DNA of 64,000 nucleotides from Azolla caroliniana. Lineage: Eukaryota; Plantae; Polypodiophyta. Positions 61,159-64,000 of this stretch are shown here, one piece after another. Below the pieces are notes generated by a model that saw only the letters and a program-made list of their open reading frames with translations, ran no database searches and was not told the DNA's origin. The position numbers were made by a program, and so were the translations under genes. The stretch is taken from assembly GCA_043228905.1 (NCBI GenBank), contig JBHGNT010000020.1:1922001-1986000 (forward strand), given 5' to 3'. The first letter of the stretch is position 1; each line of letters begins with the position of its first letter.

Positions 61159-64000
61159 TCACTTCGGCATGGGATGTCTCTCCAATCTGATCCTTTTCCG
61201 GCATGCTTCCAGCTTGTCGGGTGTGAGTACCTTGGTCAGCATATCCGACCCGTTCTCGTCCGTGTGGATCTTCGTCTGCATGAACTCCTTGTCTTCTATC
61301 CTTTCCCGGATCCAGTGGTATCTACGCTGGATGTGCTTCGTCCGGGAGTGATAGGCCGCATTCTTCGCAAGGTGGATGGCACTCTGACTGTCGCAGTAGA
61401 GTTGGTACTCCTCCTGCCGGATACCGAGCTCTCTAATGAAGTCCTTCATCCATATTATTTCCTTGCCGGCTTCAACAGCCGCCATGTACTCCGCCTCCGT
61501 GGTTGACAACGCAACCGTCTTCTGCAGCCTCGACTGCCACGAAACAGCTCCCCCTGCATACGTCATCACATACCCTGATGTGGACCGGCTGGTATCTGCA
61601 TCAGCCGACATATCCGAATCGGTAAAGCCGTCGAGTTCGGGCTTTCCGGAGCCGAATCGGAGGCACACGTTTGCCGTGCCCTTCAGGTATCGGAGTATCC
61701 ACTTGACCGCGTTCCAGTGCTCTTTGCCGGGATTGCTCATGTACCGGCTCACCACTCCGACTGCGTATCCTATGTCCGGTCTTGTACACACCATTGCGTA
61801 CATCAAGCTTCCGACGGCTGAGGCATACGGCACTTTCATCATATCCTCCTTTTCAGCCTTTGTCTTGGGACTTTGCTTGTTGGACAGCTTGCAGTTTGCC
61901 GGGAGGGTCGATCCGACCGGCCTTGCTTCCGACATGTTGAACCGTTTAAGCACCTTTGTCACGTACTTCTCCTGTGACAGCCACAACTGCTTCTTGCTCC
62001 GGTCCCGGATGATGTGCATCCCTAGTATTTGTCTCGCCGGACCCAAGTCCTTCATTGAGAAGGTTCGGTGAAGAGCCTTCTTCAGCATCCGTATCTTGAC
62101 CTGGTCCCGTCCGACGATCAACATGTCGTCCACGTACAGGAGGAGTATTAGAAAGTCTCCTCCTTCGAACTTCTTCACAAACACACAGTGGTCGGACTGC
62201 GTTTTGAGGTACCCTTCGTCGGTCATGAAGGAGTCGAACTTCCGGTACCATTGCCGGGGACCCTGCTTCAGTCCGTAAAGGCTCTTCTTCAACCGGCATA
62301 CCAGGTGCTCCTTCCCTTTCTTCTCGAATCCTTCCGGTTGCTGCATGTAGATCTCTTCTTCGAGGTCACCGTGAAGGAATGCCGTCTTCACGTCCATCTG
62401 TTCTACCTCGAGGTCCATGCTTGCCGCTATGCTCAGCACCGTCCGGATGGAGGTCATCTTCACTATCGGGGCAAATATCTCGTCGAAGTCGACGCCCTTC
62501 TTCTGCTGAAACCCCTTCACCACGATCCTGGCTTTGTATCTCGGGGGGTTTCCGGCATCTCCCGGTTTCAGCTTGAACACCCACTTGTTTCGTAGTGCCC
62601 GCTTTCCTTTCGGCAACTCCACAAGTTCATATGTGTGGTTCTCATGCAGGGAATCCATCTCGTCCTGCATGGCACTCAACCACCTGCGGCTCTGGGTGTC
62701 ATGCTTTGCTTCTTCAAAGCTCTCCGGCTCCCCCTCGTCGGTTAGCAGCACGTGCTCTGGTTCCGGAAACCTCCGGGGGGCCCTTCTCTCTCTTAGAGGA
62801 TATCTCCGTTCCGGAGCTTCGGTAACCGGTTGTTCCGATTCTTCTTCATCCGAATCCATTTCGGGATCGGGGCCGGTTCCGGTATCATTTTCATCTTCTT
62901 CGGCCGGTTCTGTTTCTTCACCGTCTTCGGCCGGATCCTCGAGTGCTAACCGGTCCCTTGCCGGTCGGGACTGCTCCTCGTAGAGTTGATCCTCACCGGT
63001 CGACTTGGAGCTCTTCATCTTCTTCTCCGACTCCCAGTCGGCGAGTGTCTTGTCCTCCATGAAGACGATATCTCGACTCCTGAATATCTTCTTGTCGACC
63101 GGGTCCCATACTCGGTAGCCGAACTCGTCGTCGCCGTATCCGAGGAATATGCATGGCCGGGTCTTTGGATCTAACTTTCCTCTCCGGTCCTTTGCCACAT
63201 GCACGTATGCGAGACACCTGAACACCTTCAGATGCCGGTAGGACACTTCCTTACCGGTCCACACTTTCTGCGGCGTGTCTCCGTCCAAAGGTACTGAGGG
63301 TGATCTATTTATCACATACGTCGCCGTCGACATTGCCTCAGCCCAAAATCCGTTGGGTAATTTCGCATGTGCTAGCATACTCCGGACCCTCTCCATTATG
63401 GTCCGGTTCATCCTCTCGGCCAGCCCGTTCAGTTCCGGCGTCTTCGGCACTGTAAACTCGAGCCGGATTCCCTTCGAGCGACAGTAATCCTCGAACTGCC
63501 CCCGGTATTCCCCTCCGTTATCCGCTCGTATCGCTTTCAGCTTCTTGCCGGATTCTCTTTCCACTCTCGCGTGGAGTTCTTTGAAGACGGACAATACTTG
63601 GTCCTTTGTCTTCAACGGTGCCGTCCACAGCTTCCGGCTGTGGTCATCAATGAATGTCACGAAGTACTGGGCTCCGCCATGTGACTTCGTTTCTACTTGA
63701 CACACGTCAGTGTGCACCAACTCCAATGGTGCGCCACGTCTCGTCGGTGGCCTTGAGTGGAAGGAGGTCCGGTTTTGCTTACCGGCCAGACAGTCGGTGC
63801 ACTTCTTCAGGTGCACATGCTTCACTGGAATAAGGTTGTCTTCTGCAAGCCTCTTCATCCCCTTCTCACTCATGTGGCACAGTCTTTTGTGCCACAGCTC
63901 ACCGGCAGTGTCGGCTGCCACATTCAGCTCTTCCGGACATAACCGGGCATTCATCAGGTACAGTGTGTTGTCTTTCCGGGCCCGAGCCACTATCAGGCTC
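61159..64000 (-). CDS. I pol (INT-RT-RNase H), intact over more than 940 codons, 5'-partial
   Basis: 943-aa ORF with the catalytic motifs intact. Confidence 0.93.
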   Translation of the reverse strand, partial: SLIVARARKDNTLYLMNARLCPEELNVAADTAGELWHKRLCHMSEKGMKRLAEDNLIPVKHVHLKKCTDCLAGKQNRTSFHSRPPTRRGAPLELVHTDVCQVETKSHGGAQYFVTFIDDHSRKLWTAPLKTKDQVLSVFKELHARVERESGKKLKAIRADNGGEYRGQFEDYCRSKGIRLEFTVPKTPELNGLAERMNRTIMERVRSMLAHAKLPNGFWAEAMSTATYVINRSPSVPLDGDTPQKVWTGKEVSYRHLKVFRCLAYVHVAKDRRGKLDPKTRPCIFLGYGDDEFGYRVWDPVDKKIFRSRDIVFMEDKTLADWESEKKMKSSKSTGEDQLYEEQSRPARDRLALEDPAEDGEETEPAEEDENDTGTGPDPEMDSDEEESEQPVTEAPERRYPLRERRAPRRFPEPEHVLLTDEGEPESFEEAKHDTQSRRWLSAMQDEMDSLHENHTYELVELPKGKRALRNKWVFKLKPGDAGNPPRYKARIVVKGFQQKKGVDFDEIFAPIVKMTSIRTVLSIAASMDLEVEQMDVKTAFLHGDLEEEIYMQQPEGFEKKGKEHLVCRLKKSLYGLKQGPRQWYRKFDSFMTDEGYLKTQSDHCVFVKKFEGGDFLILLLYVDDMLIVGRDQVKIRMLKKALHRTFSMKDLGPARQILGMHIIRDRSKKQLWLSQEKYVTKVLKRFNMSEARPVGSTLPANCKLSNKQSPKTKAEKEDMMKVPYASAVGSLMYAMVCTRPDIGYAVGVVSRYMSNPGKEHWNAVKWILRYLKGTANVCLRFGSGKPELDGFTDSDMSADADTSRSTSGYVMTYAGGAVSWQSRLQKTVALSTTEAEYMAAVEAGKEIIWMKDFIRELGIRQEEYQLYCDSQSAIHLAKNAAYHSRTKHIQRRYHWIRERIEDKEFMQTKIHTDENGSDMLTKVLTPDKLEACRKRIRLERHPMPK

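Larger units (their letters stand above)
60406..64000 (-). mobile_element. Young Tork-like Copia element I (E/F subfamily); runs off the right edge
   Basis: 3' LTR about 60406-61148; PPT 61149-61160; uninterrupted pol. Confidence 0.94.

Overview
Eukaryotic land-plant genomic DNA. The retroelement types suggest a non-seed plant such as a fern, lycophyte or bryophyte, but this is inference. The window holds three nests of LTR retrotransposons around one intact host gene. (1) 450-25000: a decayed Mutator/MULE DNA transposon (minus strand) split by Copia element A (2576-23559, TSD AATAT). A contains two sister Copia elements, B1 (4535-9034) and B2 (9278-15054), and an antisense Tnt1/Tork-like Copia, C (17174-22596). 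(2) 25000-35000: LINE remnants, a (CATTC)n satellite holding a solo LTR, and an MTP1-like Zn2+ CDF transporter gene with an intronless CDS (29971-31332). (3) 35064-46490: an old deleted Copia, D, carrying two young Tork-like copies (E, F) either side of an assembly gap, plus a 192-bp tandem array. (4) 50081-64000: Tork-like Copia G, interrupted by a tRNA-Trp-primed Gypsy element, H (4-bp TSD, predicted -1 frameshift after the protease), and by a Tork-like copy, I, whose visible pol is intact. A probable plastid-targeted gene starts at 144 and runs off the left edge. Best candidates for follow-up: the gag-pro/-1/pol frameshift cassette of H, an apparent capsid-domain swap within the Tork-like family, a conserved PPT-enclosing hairpin, a pol tail extension ending in an NLS-like motif behind a relic PPT, and opposite family-specific CCGG/CpG biases. 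All alignments and counts were done by eye; no database search was run.
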